From positions 646,539,319-646,603,318 of the forward strand of contig NC_058132.1 in the NCBI RefSeq assembly GCF_016433145.1: DNA of 64,000 nt, given 5' to 3'. Below the pieces are notes generated by a model, which worked only from the letters and a program-made list of their open reading frames with translations, did no database searches and was not told where the DNA came from. Below, in pieces: positions 37,571-49,599 of this stretch (positions are counted from its first letter, which is position 1; the number at the start of each line of letters is the position of its first letter). Position numbers and translations under genes: made by a program. The stretch comes from Gracilinanus agilis (taxonomy: Eukaryota).

Positions 37571-38937
37571 TAAATAAATTAAATTAAATTAAATATAATT
37601 AAACTAAATATATTACAAATGGACAAACCCTTGTACCTAAAACCCCAGCACTAACCCTATTAGTCCTGCCGATCATTCAGCCACTCAGTATTTCTTAAGT
37701 TCTTGCTGTGTACCAGGCACCAGCTAAGCTGCCACAGTGCCAAGAAGTGCCATGACGCCCCCTTGGTTATGATTTAGAGTAGCCTCTATTAACCATTAAC
37801 ACTTATTGTCAAATTAGTCTGCCATTTGATCTTGTGTCTCTGACAAAAGCACTGAAACAGAGAAAAAAGGAGTCTAGATATAGAAAAGGAAGCATAGAAA
37901 CCTCAGCCTGTTGGCATTGCTGAGGAGGCCAGGCCAAAGAGATGTGCTCCTGGAGGCAATTCTGGAAAGCTAGAGGCTCACACGAGGGTATTTGGTGTCC
38001 TGGAGAGTTGGATGGAGAGAAGACACTAAAAGGGAGGTGGAAGAGGAAGAAGGGATTTGGATTGTTTCTCAACTTAGTCTCAAACCAGTTATGACTCCAA
38101 CAAGTCAGTGATTCAAATAGTGATACTTCTTGGTATTTCTCATTATTAAATATGATTTCTTGAAAATTTTTTCATTCTTTGCCATTGCCTTTCAAGAGCC
38201 CTTCCAACCACATCAGGAAAGATTCCATATTGTGTTATCAGAATTCTATACTCATTTCAACCACCTCATTTTACAGGAGAGGAGACCGAGATCCAAAGAG
38301 GGGAAGTGATTTCTTGCTCAAGGTATTACAGGACAGAGGTGTGATTTGAACTTGGGTCTCTTGGCTCCACATTCATTGTTCTTTCCACTATATTGTGTTG
38401 TTTCATTAGAATAACCCAAAGCAGCAAGTATGTTCCCAGGCAGTTTTCCATTCAGGTATATAAGTAGGTCTGAAATCAGATATTACATGTGTTCGTTGCC
38501 AAAGGTCTCTAGACTCTAGTTTCAGCAATGCTCTCTTACTCACTGCTTCTATGGTTCTGACCACTTTTTGGCTCTCCTCTTTTGGTTAAAGAGAAAACTC
38601 CCCCTCTTTCACATTCTTTGATAGGTAGGGAGTGGACCAGGGCAGAGGATGGGGAAAGGTAAGAACTCAGCAAGTATCCAAGGACTTCAAGAGCTTTGTT
38701 CATCTTTCTGGAAAGTTTCCCATTTGAAAAAAAAAAAAGTCATTAGAGGAAAAGTCTACCATCCAAGACTTCCCTAAAAGAAACCTATGTACTCCCAAAG
38801 CCTAAAAACCCCTTTAAATCATGTAACTCTGGGACATCCTGTTTTTTACCTTAAATCAAATATTCTCCTAGAGATCTGACTTGTACACTGATAACCCTGA
38901 ACCCCTGAAGATGACTCAACCAGAAAGGTGGATGCTT

Positions 38938-39148
38938 GGGGGCAGCTAAGTAGCTCAGTGAATTGAGAACCAGGCCTTAGAGACGAGAGGTCCTAGGTTC
39001 AAATCTAGCCTCAGACACTTCCCAGCTGTGTGACCCTGGGCAAGTCACTTGACCCCCATTGCCTACCCTCACCACTCTTCTGCCTTGGAGCCAATACACA
39101 GTATTGACTCCAAGCCGGAAGGTGAGGGTTTAAAAAAAAAGGAAGAAA
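38938..39148 (+). mobile_element. SINE1_Mdo-like SINE (long-tail variant)
   Basis: TSD gaaaggtggatgctt (38923-38937) / gaaagatggatgctt (39149-39163). Confidence 0.92.
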
Positions 39149-40859
39149 GAAAGATGGATGCTTTGTTTGATAAGTCCTTGCCAAGAACTATCTTCTAAAT
39201 CACCAATCCAGGCAACCTGCTCAGTTTCTTCCTAGCTCTTTCTTCAGTCTCTTCCAATCTCCGACTGACTGCCTTGCCACCCTGATATCCCTTTTGTGTT
39301 GTCTTCTCCCACTAGAATGTCAGCTCTTTGAGGGCAGGGGCTGAATTTAGATTGTTCACTCCTTCATAAAGGACCAGTGATTGTTCCCTTTAGCTCAAGA
39401 TGTCCTGCTGGAAGAGTCCTGGCTTCTTTGATATGCCATAAGAGCCTGGGATGATCCACCATGAAATCTTTGACATCACACTAAGCAGTAGTCCTGAGTA
39501 TTTCCGGGAGGGATTTCTGAGGTGCCTTCCTCTCATAGCCTGCAGCCCCCACCAGCCCCATCACAACAGCCTCTCAGCTGGGCCCTGAAAGACGGGTACT
39601 CAAACAGTGGAACATGTGCCTGGAAACCGAAATCTTTGCTATCAGTCTTTCCATCTGATGCCCTGCCAGAGATAATTAAGCTGTGTTAATTCTGAAAAAC
39701 AAGCCAGCTTTCAATTTGGAAATCTTTCAGGGACATTAGTGTGGCAACATCCTTTTTTTATAGAGGTTTTGATCCTCGGGGTGTTTCTCTGAATTTAAAA
39801 AGAAAAAAAAAGCTTGTGAGACTTAATTAATAACAGCCCTAGCAGATGAGGGGCAAGGTTAAACAAACCGCTCTGACTACATTTCTGCTGATGTCAGGTA
39901 AACTGCATCTTTCCAGGGCAGCAGGGGTTCTACTTGATAAGTTACACTAGGAAGTGACTCCAGTGTATTAGATGATCTCAGGTGTCTTGCAAGAATTCAT
40001 TTTCTCCTCATAAAAGGAGGTCGTCTCCCTCCTACGGTGGGTCAGTCCTCTCGGTTTGGTTCGGAATCATGCTTCGTTTCATGCCCCGCTGAGATAAAGG
40101 AGTCTCTGTGCTCCTGGGAATGGGAGGGTACAGACCCATGTTCTCATCTGTCTTCTGGCCCCTGTTGCCTTCGAATCATAAGATCAGAGAAAGAAGAACC
40201 AGCGAGGTCCTCCAGCCTTGCTATCTTATTCTACCAATGAGGAGACACGAAGGGCAAGAGAGGGACAATTCAGTCAAGTCCTTGGACTATTGCTGGAGTC
40301 TCGAACATGGCATCCCTGTCCCCCTTCTCTGCCTTCTCTGATCCATCTTGCACACAGCTGTCACTGTGATCTCCCTAAGGCACACGTCACTCCCCTCGCC
40401 ACGTGCACACATCCATCCACACATACACAAACATCAATGAGCTCCAGTGGCCCCCATTACCTTTAAGGGCAGCTCTAAACTCTTTCCTTAGATCCTGAAA
40501 GCTCGACACTAAGTCTCCTCCCTTCCCAGGTCCCCTCAAACAACTACAATCCAGTCATACAGACTGGCATGCTATGACTCACATATGCCACTCGTCTCTG
40601 ATCTCCAAGTCTCCACGGCTTTCCTCCATAGTTGGAACACTCCGCCATCTTGTCACTCTGTCATACTCTAATGCTCTAATTTTCCATGTCTGATGGCTTC
40701 TTCACTGATGGCCACAGAAGTTCTGAAGACTTTCAGAAAGTCTTCATTTGACCTGACTGTTCCTGATAGTTCTCATTCCTTTTTTTGGAGGGGGAGAGAA
40801 GGAGGAGGGGGGGATGAATTCTTTAAGAAGGCCATCTCCGATGGGAAACATCACTTGGT

Positions 40860-41710
40860 TTCTTTTTATTGTCTGCAGTCTGGCATCTAACCTCATCAGT
40901 CAACTGAAACTGCTTTCCCCAGTATTAGCACTCACCTCTCCATTGCCACCTAGAGAGACCTTTTCTCCTTTCTCCTTCTTGGCCTCTCTGAAGGTGCTGA
41001 AATTGCAGACCCCCCCTTTTCTCTGGCTAATTGTCTCTCTCGATTCTAGTGATGCTGATCTCTTGGTTCTCTTCCTCTTCACCCATTCCTTCTCAAATTC
41101 CTTTGGCTAGACTTTCATTCAGGTTCTGACATCGAACCATAGCTCTCCAACAGGGTTCAGACCTTGGCTTTCTTCTCTCCTTCCTCTCATCCTGGCTCCT
41201 TTGGAGATTTCATGAAATTGCACAGATTCACTTACAACTGTGACTATGATTCTCAGAGTTACTTCTTTTGGCCTAACCTCCAACTCCCTAATGGATGTCC
41301 CAAAGTGGATGTCCCAGAGATATGTTGAACTCAATGAGGCCAAAATGGAACTCGGTATCTTTTCTCCCAGGCTCCCCCATCTTCCTAACTCCCTGTTAGT
41401 GCCTCAGGCACCACCATCCTGCCATTAACTCATACTTGCCCTCTAGGAATCCTTCTTGACCCTGCCCTTCTCTCACCTCCCATATCCAACATGGGGGCAG
41501 ATCTGGTGGCTTCTGCCTTTGGAATGTCACTCCTCTATACTCCCTTTTCTCCTCTGACACAAGTCACAGCATTAGTGTAGGCCCTCATTGCCTCACAGCT
41601 GAATTATTGGGGTATCCATGTGGGTTGATCTCAGCATCTCAAGTTTCTCCCTACTTCAGTCCATCTTCCGATCAACAAATCAAGGACCGTATATTAAATG
41701 CTTATTATAT
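40860..41710 (+). mobile_element. L2 LINE, long fragment
   Basis: 'ctcttggttctcttcctc...ggatgtccc...ccaaaatggaactcggtatctttt...caccaccatcctgcc'. Confidence 0.75.
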
Positions 41711-41714
41711 GCTA

Positions 41715-42655
41715 GGAGGGACATCTAGGTGGCATGGAGGACAGAGAATCAGACCTGAAATCAGAGGACTCATCTTCCTGAGTTTGAATCTGGCCTCAGA
41801 TGCTTCCTAGATGTGTGAACCTGGGCAAGTCACTTAACCCCGTTTGCCTCAGTTTCCTCAACTTTAAAATGAGTTGGAGAAGGAAATAGTGACCTCTCCA
41901 GTATCTATGCCAAAAAGAAAGCCCAAATAGGCTCGCAAAGAGTCAAAGACAACTGAAGTAACTGAACAACAACTATGAGCAACTATGTGCCAGGTACTGA
42001 GCTAAGCCCTGAAGGCACAAAATGGCAAATTAGAGTCTCTGCCTTCAAGGACCTTAAATTTTAATGGGAGAGGCTGCAGCTAGGTAGTTCAGGAGATAGA
42101 AAGCCAGGCCTAAAGAAAGAAGATCTGGGGTTCAAATCTGACCTCAGATACTTCTAGCTATGTCACCCTGGGGAAGTCACTTAACCCCTATCATCTAGTT
42201 CTTCCCTCTCTTCTACCTTTGAGCCAATACACAGTGTTGATTCTAAGATGTCATGTAAGGGTTTTAAAAAAATTAATGGGGAAGACAAAATCCATGCACA
42301 TTTATGCAAATAATATATATGCAGAATAATTTTCAAATGAGTAACAGAGGGAAGTCACTAGAATTAAGCAATATAAAGGCTTACTGTCTGACAGCGAGGT
42401 GGCACAATGGATAGAGCACCAAGCCTGGAATTACGAGGAGTCATCTTCCTGAGTACAAAGCTGGCCTCAGACACTTACTAGCTGTATGATCCTGGGCAAG
42501 TCGCTTTACCTTGTTTAACTCCATTTCTTCATCTTCTAAATAACCCAGAGAAAGAAATGCCAAACTACTTTAGTGTCATTGCCAAGAAAACCCCAAATGC
42601 TGTCACAAAGACCTGGAAACAACCAACTGACCAAAAAAAAAAAAAAAAAAAAAAA
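41715..42655 (+). mobile_element. SINE cluster: MAR1-like (41715-41985), SINE1-like (42075-42275), MAR1-like (42390-42655)
   Basis: 'gaggactcatcttcctgagtttgaatctggcctcagat', 'ggggttcaaatctgacctcagatacttctagc', and 'gagtcatcttcctgagtacaaagctggcctcagacac' ending in a long A-tail. Confidence 0.8.
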
Positions 42656-44239
42656 GGTTCCCTGTAAAAGCCTGGATTTTAGTTGGGATTTAAAGGAAGA
42701 TTTTTTGGAAGTTGCAGTTCAAGAAGATTTCTTCTCCATTAGACTTTGGTGAGCTCTCTGAGAGCTGGGATTGCTTCCTGCTTTGCCTTGGTCTCCACAA
42801 TGCCTAGGACAATGCCTGATACAGATTGAACACTTAGTAAATGGTTACTGATTGATTATAATCATGGTAACCTAGATTTACATCTGGAAAGGACTTTCAA
42901 GGCTATCTAGTCCAACTCCCTCATTTTACTAATGAGGAAACTGAGGCACTGAGAGGAGTGACAGCGTCAGAGTGTGCCATGATTGGGGAGTCAAATGAGA
43001 TTTGGAAGAAGCCATTTGGTCAAACCCTCTAATTTTAAAAATGAGGAAACCAACGCTCAGAGACAGGAAATAACTTGAACAGCATCATCCATACAGGTAA
43101 TAACTTTCAACCTCTGCTGCCAAATCTATCCTGGGTTTTCCCCCACACCATGTTGCCTCTTACCATATTATACTCCTCTTTGAACCCGGTTCTATTGGTG
43201 AAATGAGGTGATGAGGTTTCACAATTTCTAAGAAACCTTCTAGCTCTCAAGTCTGAGGCTTCACTTGGATTTTTCTGGGTTCCCTGGACTGCTGGGCAAA
43301 TTGAGTACACTCTCACCCACATTGATTTGAGAGGTCAGGACTCTCTTAGCTCAATGTGCAGGTATAGACAGGCACAGTTGGTGTCCACTGCTGGAAGCCA
43401 TACATCCAGGATCTACCTATGCTCAATATGGAATCTGAGAGCTCCCAGCCACCCAGCTTTGTCTTTTTTGGTCTCAGAAAGAGCCTTCCTTAACTGCCTT
43501 GGAAAGTTTCACCTCCAGCTAGGAAGCTCTCACAGGGCATGAGCCCAAAAGTTGGTTTTGCAGGACGCTCCAACCACCAGCCTCAAGCAGGAGGGCCAAT
43601 GTCACCGTGACCTCTCCTGCCTTGAAAGAGTGGAGTCATCGAATGCTGCATCCACAGACACGCCTTCTAAGCTGAGGAGGTAGATGGCACGACACCAGTA
43701 TCCACAAGGCAGTTTCTGGAGACAGGCAGGGCCCAGAAGCTTTTGGCAGAGCCAAGTCAGGGCACTGACTGGAATGGAAGAAAGGTGAAGTAGGCACTGG
43801 CCGGCCAGGAGGAATGTTGTGGTTCTTCTCCTTTTTTTTTTTTTTTTTTTAATCTATAGGCCCTTTGGGCTTCCTTTGTCTTTGCCCCACATCCTCCCAA
43901 TTCTAAAGGGGACTATGGGGAATGTGTAGAACATCTCCCCATTTCCCTGATGATTCTCATCAACCATTTGCCAAGTCTTCCTCTGTTGTTTTTTTCTCAC
44001 CCTTCCGCTCACTCTCTCTGCTTAGAATTCATCTCTTTATAGGCACCATCACCCCTCTAGCCAGGCAATGGTGGCCCAAACCAAGCCAGAAAAAGGCAAA
44101 AGGATGTGCTGCCTGGCAGGTGCCCCAGCATTTTCTTCTCTCATATTTTCCAAAATATTTAGAGAGTCAACATGGGATGAACAGAAAGTCTTCAAGCCAC
44201 TGTTTGCCAGGGACAATATTTCTTGGTGGCCTCCACACT

Positions 44240-45500
44240 GGGATTGCTACGGATCAGGACCTAGGAGCTGGAGGCCTGGTTTCAAATCCTGATCCTGCTG
44301 TTAAGTAGCTGAGTGACCCTAGCCGAGCCATTGAGCTGAGACTAAGGATTCTGGCTTAAATCGTCTCTAAGCCCCTTCCCGGTGAAACGTTAAATGACTC
44401 GAGGATCCAATGTTCTCTCTACATGCGTGAAAGGCAAATTCACTAAGTAGTAAACACCATTTCTTTTCTGAAAATTATTTCCTGTCTATGAAGCCTGTCT
44501 TTATTATCCTCATCACTGTCAGGCCTAGAGCTGAAGAAGTCTTTGTGGATGATCTTTTTACCACCTAAGGAAGTTAGAGGTCCTAGAAGTTAAATGACTT
44601 GTCTAGAGTCATCCGGCTCATGTGTCGAGGCAGAATGTGTATCTTTTGGATTTAACCCTTGTGCCCAGTTCAAGGGAGAGAGCTAACTTTCTACTAAATG
44701 GGCAGGCATTCGTTCCCTTTGTTTCCCCAGCAGCCAGCATGGTGCTTGGCAGGCATGTCAGAGGCACTTCATGCATTCATCCCGATTGTCCGAGTCCACA
44801 TTCCACCGGCATTTGTGGAGCGTGTCCTCTGGACAAGGTACTGCCCTGGACGCTGCCGGGACCGAGAGGGGAGTGAAGACGGAGAGGGCTTCGTCTCCCA
44901 GACCTCACCACTGAGCAGGGCTCGGCAGACGCCTATTTCCTTTGCTGGTTTGGTTTGAAGAGGGCGTAGGAAGTCCACCAGCGAGTGAGTGGGGTTCGCT
45001 GGAGAAAAGCAGTCCTTGGGAGATGGGGGAAATGGGGCCAGTTTCCTGTAGGAGGGGGCCCTGGGCGCGAATCGGAGAGGCCGGCTAGCGTTCCCCCATG
45101 GGGGTAGGAGATGAGGACAAGAACATTCGGTGATAGAAGGAAGCCAAGGTCACATCCAGACACCACGAGGCAGCCAATTTGGCTGGCGTGTCGGGAACAT
45201 GAAGAGCTGTTGGGTGAGACAATGCTGGAAAAGTACAGATTTGAACCAGATAATGAGGAGTCGGGAAACCCCAACAGAGAGTTCCAGCATCTTTATTCAA
45301 TATGGCCAAAGGAGCCCCGAATGGAGCCAGTATGGAGACTTCTTGGCCTGTAGAGTGTAGAAGGGACGGCAGGGTGGGGAGTCCAGAGGCCCAGAGGCCG
45401 AGGGGGAAGGTGGCTCCGGAATTCAGAGAGAGGTAAAAGGGCTGCAGCTGGGACGGTGGAGAGGGGGACACTGGGGTGGAGGCAGAAGCAGAGTGCAGGC
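44240..45500. mobile_element. GC-shifted MIR and L2 remnants
   Basis: MIR at about 44240-44400 and 44500-44690. L2-like 'cattccaccggcatttgtggagcgtgtcctctggacaaggtactgccctggacgctgccggg' (about 44800) and 45150-45500. Confidence 0.55.
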
Positions 45501-45849
45501 GCTGGTGAAGGACAGGCACGAAGGCATCACCGAGAATGCCAAAGAGTCCCAGACAAGGGCAGCCACCTCTAGCAGTGGCCCGGAGGTTCAGGGCCTGCAT
45601 CCTGTCCCTTTAAGTGGTCGAGTCCAATTCTAGCTCCTAATGTTGGCTCCGGGAAACAGAGCCTGGAAGCCGTTCACAGACAGAGCCTTGTTTTCCACAC
45701 ACGGCTTCATCCGCCTCCTTTAAAAAAATTAAAAATAAAAAAATGGGGGTTGACTTTGGAATTTGTTGATTTATAGTATTTTCTTTTTCTCTTTTTTTTT
45801 TCCTTAAAAAAACATTTCAACATATTTGAAGTACAAAACAGTTTTAGAG

Positions 45850-46850
45850 GAGTGGGGGCGGGCCGGGCGTCTCTGGGCCCAGCAGGGCCCCTCTCTGCCC
45901 ACAGGGGGCAGGCCATGCCATGGGATGGCCCTCGGGCTGGCCAGTGCTCCCGGGAGGCTGCCAGGGCCACTTAGCCAAGAGCCCGTGGGGGGAGGGGGCC
46001 TGGGTAGCCTTGGCCATGCTCCTCGCCCCCTCCCAGGCCTCCCTCCTCGGCGTCCCCCTCCCCGGCGGCATCTGCCATTTGGGCCGTCCCCAGCTCACTC
46101 GCCTGACGCTGTACCGTGACCTACTTAGGGCCAGCCAGGCCGGCTGCTCCCAGAGCCGGCTGAAGTCAGAAAGGGCCCTTCGGGAAGGGTGAGGCCGGCC
46201 CAAACCCCCCAAGAGGAGAGGCAAGGAGGGGGAGAGGGCAGGACCAGGGGCCGGGGAGCCTGCCAGCAAGCTCGGGGCGCCCCCAGCCTCTTAGGCTCCG
46301 AGTCCGCGGGAGCCAGGCTCGGCTTCGCCCTCACTGCCGGGGGAGCTGGCAGCTTCGCCGGCCTCGTCTCAGGCCTCGGGCCTCGCAGGCCCCATTCGCA
46401 CGGCAGAGGAAGCCCCCAAACTGAGTCTTGGATGGAGAAGAGACACATGTGGCTCCCCCCAGCTGTTCCTGCAGAGACCGCCGAGAGCTACCCTCCGGCA
46501 GCGGGGGTCAGAGCAAGTCTGAGGGCCGCGGGCCGAGCAGGGGGAGACGCTGTGGCCGAGGAGGCGGAGCGCGGCAGCCAGAAGCAGCCGCGGCAGCAAC
46601 GCGCACTTCCTGGAGGGCCTGAAGGCTCTCGAAGCTCGGCAGCCTGGTGAGCTCCGCACGTCGTGCCCGTCTCATGCCAGGCACGGCCCTGCTCACAGAG
46701 CTTCCAAATGTGGGAGGGTGCAGAGGAGGCCGGGAGCCCGGGAGGCCCGCGTCCGAGTCCGGAATGTTCCGCGCTCCGTCCTGCTGACTCTCCATCGAAG
46801 CCACGCGGCAACCTCACAGAGCTGGGTTCCTCCAAGAAGACCTGGATTCA
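45850..46850. promoter_or_regulatory. Orphan CpG island
   Basis: About 1 kb, very GC-rich with dense CpG and not recognisably repeat-derived. No gene could be assigned. Confidence 0.55.
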
Positions 46851-47047
46851 AATCTCACTGCGGAGACTTACTGGGCGTGTCTCCCTGCACCAGTCACGTA
46901 GGCTCTCTCGGCCTCAGTTTCCTCGTCTATAAAATGGTGAAAGTGACCCGCAGAATTAAGGCCCCGGGGGCCCTGATAGAGCTGGACGCTTCTTGCTTCT
47001 GGCCCTAATTAGCTTCTACAAAAGCACCAAGTGCAGGTAGGAAGAGG

Positions 47048-47066
47048 TAATGCCACCTAGTGGTCA
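47048..47066 (-). promoter_or_regulatory. Strong CTCF motif (reverse orientation)
   Basis: Minus strand reads TGACCACTAGGTGGCATTA. The core CCACTAGGTGGCA fits CCASYAGRKGGCR. Confidence 0.55.
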
Positions 47067-47809
47067 GACCCTGGCGCTGGACAGAGAAGTTGTCATTAAA
47101 TCTGGTATGGCCAGAACCTAGCAAGGAGCAAAGTTTAGTAAGCCCTGCCTCATCCCGAGTCTCGATTTCTACACCCATAAATATGAGAGTCGACGAGGGA
47201 CAGAAGCGAGGGACAATCAAATAACGGACGACAGAAGGACAGGGCACGTCCACTGCCATCCTCCTCCAATATCCCAGCAGAGATTTTTCAGGAATCCCAG
47301 GGAGGTCAGCGCTGGCCCTCCAGGACGGCCCACATCTGACCAACCACTGGCAAGGAAGCCGCCCAATCCAGTCTTCGGTTAGCCAATCTCTGCTGGGATG
47401 CTTTTTGCTTTGCAAGGCAGGCCCTTGGCCATTTGGACAGCTCCCAAAGGTAGAAGGTTTCTCATGAGCTCTCTTTGTGATATCTCCCTGTTGTTCCTCA
47501 TTTTACTTGCTGGGGGAAATGCTCCCTCCCTCCCACCCTCCCTCTCTTAGACTCAATCCCTGACTTTCCTAAGACTCAAATCACAGCCTACCTTCAGAAG
47601 AAGACCTTCCCCAGGCTGAAATCGCCTCCCATTTATACAACATATATCTTGTAGGTACAGAGATGTTTACGCGTTGCCTCCCCCCATTTGAATGGAAACT
47701 CCTGAAGGGCAGGGAGCTTGGTTCTTGTTGTTGCCTGCATCCTCACATACAGTAAGTGCTTAATAAGTGCTTGGTGATGATGAAGAAATCCAAGCCCTCC
47801 TCTCTCTGA

Positions 47810-48230
47810 TGGATTTTCAAATACTTGAAGATAGCTTTGATGCTCACCCCTCCCCAAGTCTTCTCTTCTCCATGAACAACTATTTATGAAGGCCTTTCCC
47901 GATCCTGGGTGTCTTGCTCCGAAGGCCTTCCGTCCAGAAGTACACTCACTGATCTACTCCAGAGGTTGTCTGACCAAAGCCCAGGGAGTAGATGGACCAC
48001 CATGTAATAGGTGGATATTAGGCCTCTTTAAATGCAGTCAGGAACACATTTGCTTTCTTGGCTGCCAAAGCAATCGAGGGCTTGGACCCAGCCAGGGACT
48101 GCATGGAACTTGACCAAGGCTTAGTCAACAGTGTCCGTGTTCACCAAGGCTTCCTAATCACTGGACTCCAGGAGAACTAATGTCTCAGCCACAGTAGTTC
48201 TTAGACAATATTGATTGAACTGTGAAGGGT
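47810..48230 (-). mobile_element. CR1/L3 fragment
   Basis: 'ttttcaaatacttgaagatagc...cccctccccaagtcttctcttctcc...ctttcttggctgccaaagc'. Confidence 0.65.
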
Positions 48231-49599
48231 TTGAAGATCGCTATTAGTAGTGGATCTCTGGCTTATTACAAATATATGTTAGTAAAGAAAAGCAGGAAAT
48301 TCCCAGCAACCTTTGCTTTGGGGATAAAGAGCTGGCCCTGCTAGTCCCATACCCTATGCACATGCCTGCCTTTGAATTGACCTGTTCAGAGTGCATGGAA
48401 ATAGGAGACCTGAGCCGGGTCCACGCCATAGCAGCAAGTTTCAGGACATCTTTTGTCATCGACCTTAAACCTGGCATCCAATTTCCCTAATGGCATAACA
48501 GGCCACCTGGGCAGTGAGAAAGTGGGTAATAATACATTGTCCCTAGTGTGAGGAGACTTCTACTACACCCAGCAGATACTGCTTATTCGTTTATACCATT
48601 TGGGCAGCTGGAGCCAATCCATTTGGACCAAAGGTCTAAGAGAGATATAACAGTATCAAAGGATGCTACCTTAAGAGCTAGAAAAGAGCTTTCAGTTCCT
48701 CTAGCCTAGCCATCCTATTTTAAATTTGAGGAAACTGAGGCCCAAAGATTGCAAGTGACAAATCTCATTGCAAGTAAATAACAGGCTGAGATTCAGACAG
48801 GTTTTCTGGTGAAAATTAGAGCTCCTTTTCTTTTGCCAGTTAACATTTACCTAGCTAAGAATTATAGGAAGGTGGGAGCTGGTTAGGACCTAGAAGAACC
48901 TAGAAACCCCACCCCCAACCAATGCTCCTGAAATGTCTAAAATTTGCCAGAAGGAAGGATGATGAAACGAGTCAAACCAAGTGACATATAAGCACCTCCA
49001 TCCATTCCAAATCTTCCAGCTTCCTATAATCTCCAAATAACACCACGGTCTGTCTAGCTGAGCTAGGGGCCAACCAGATCCAACACAGGAAATGAAATCG
49101 ATGACCACACAGGTAAACCTGGCTGGCCATAGTAGAAAGCAGGGCCAGACCAATGTGCTGAACGACTCCAGGAGAAAGAGCCATGGAAGCATCTGGGAAG
49201 CCAAGTCATTAGAGTCTTCCAAGAAGCCCATGAGAAGCACTATCCATTCAGATTGTGTCAAAGCATGTCAGGCTCACAAGAAGGGATAGAAGCAATTTGA
49301 GGTGTAGAACTAGGCCAGGAGAAGGAGGCAGAGAAGGATCCAAGGCCAAAACCAAAATCCAGACACCCGGAGACTGAGCCCAACTCTAGAAATTCTTATG
49401 AGAGAGCAAGGCATTGGCTTAGCTGCTGCTAAATATGGGTAAGGGTTGAGTATGACCCAAGCACAAGTGTCAATCCAGAAACTGAGGCTGGAGAAAGGTG
49501 CAAACCAAATAAAACTCAACAGAAAATAAAGGCATTCTATGGCCTGAGAGAAGTCCAAGGAAACCTGTAAACCCAAGAGAAGAATGAACTTCCCAAGAA

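Noticed and set aside
45111-45353. 80-aa ORF (..WLACREHEELLGETMLEKYRFEP..) as a coding exon
   Set aside because: The underlying DNA resembles a decayed L2 body, and there are no convincing splice sites.
45844-46269. RRALS..LW resemblance to a persephin-like precursor
   Set aside because: No cystine-knot cysteine pattern follows; chance match in GC-rich DNA.
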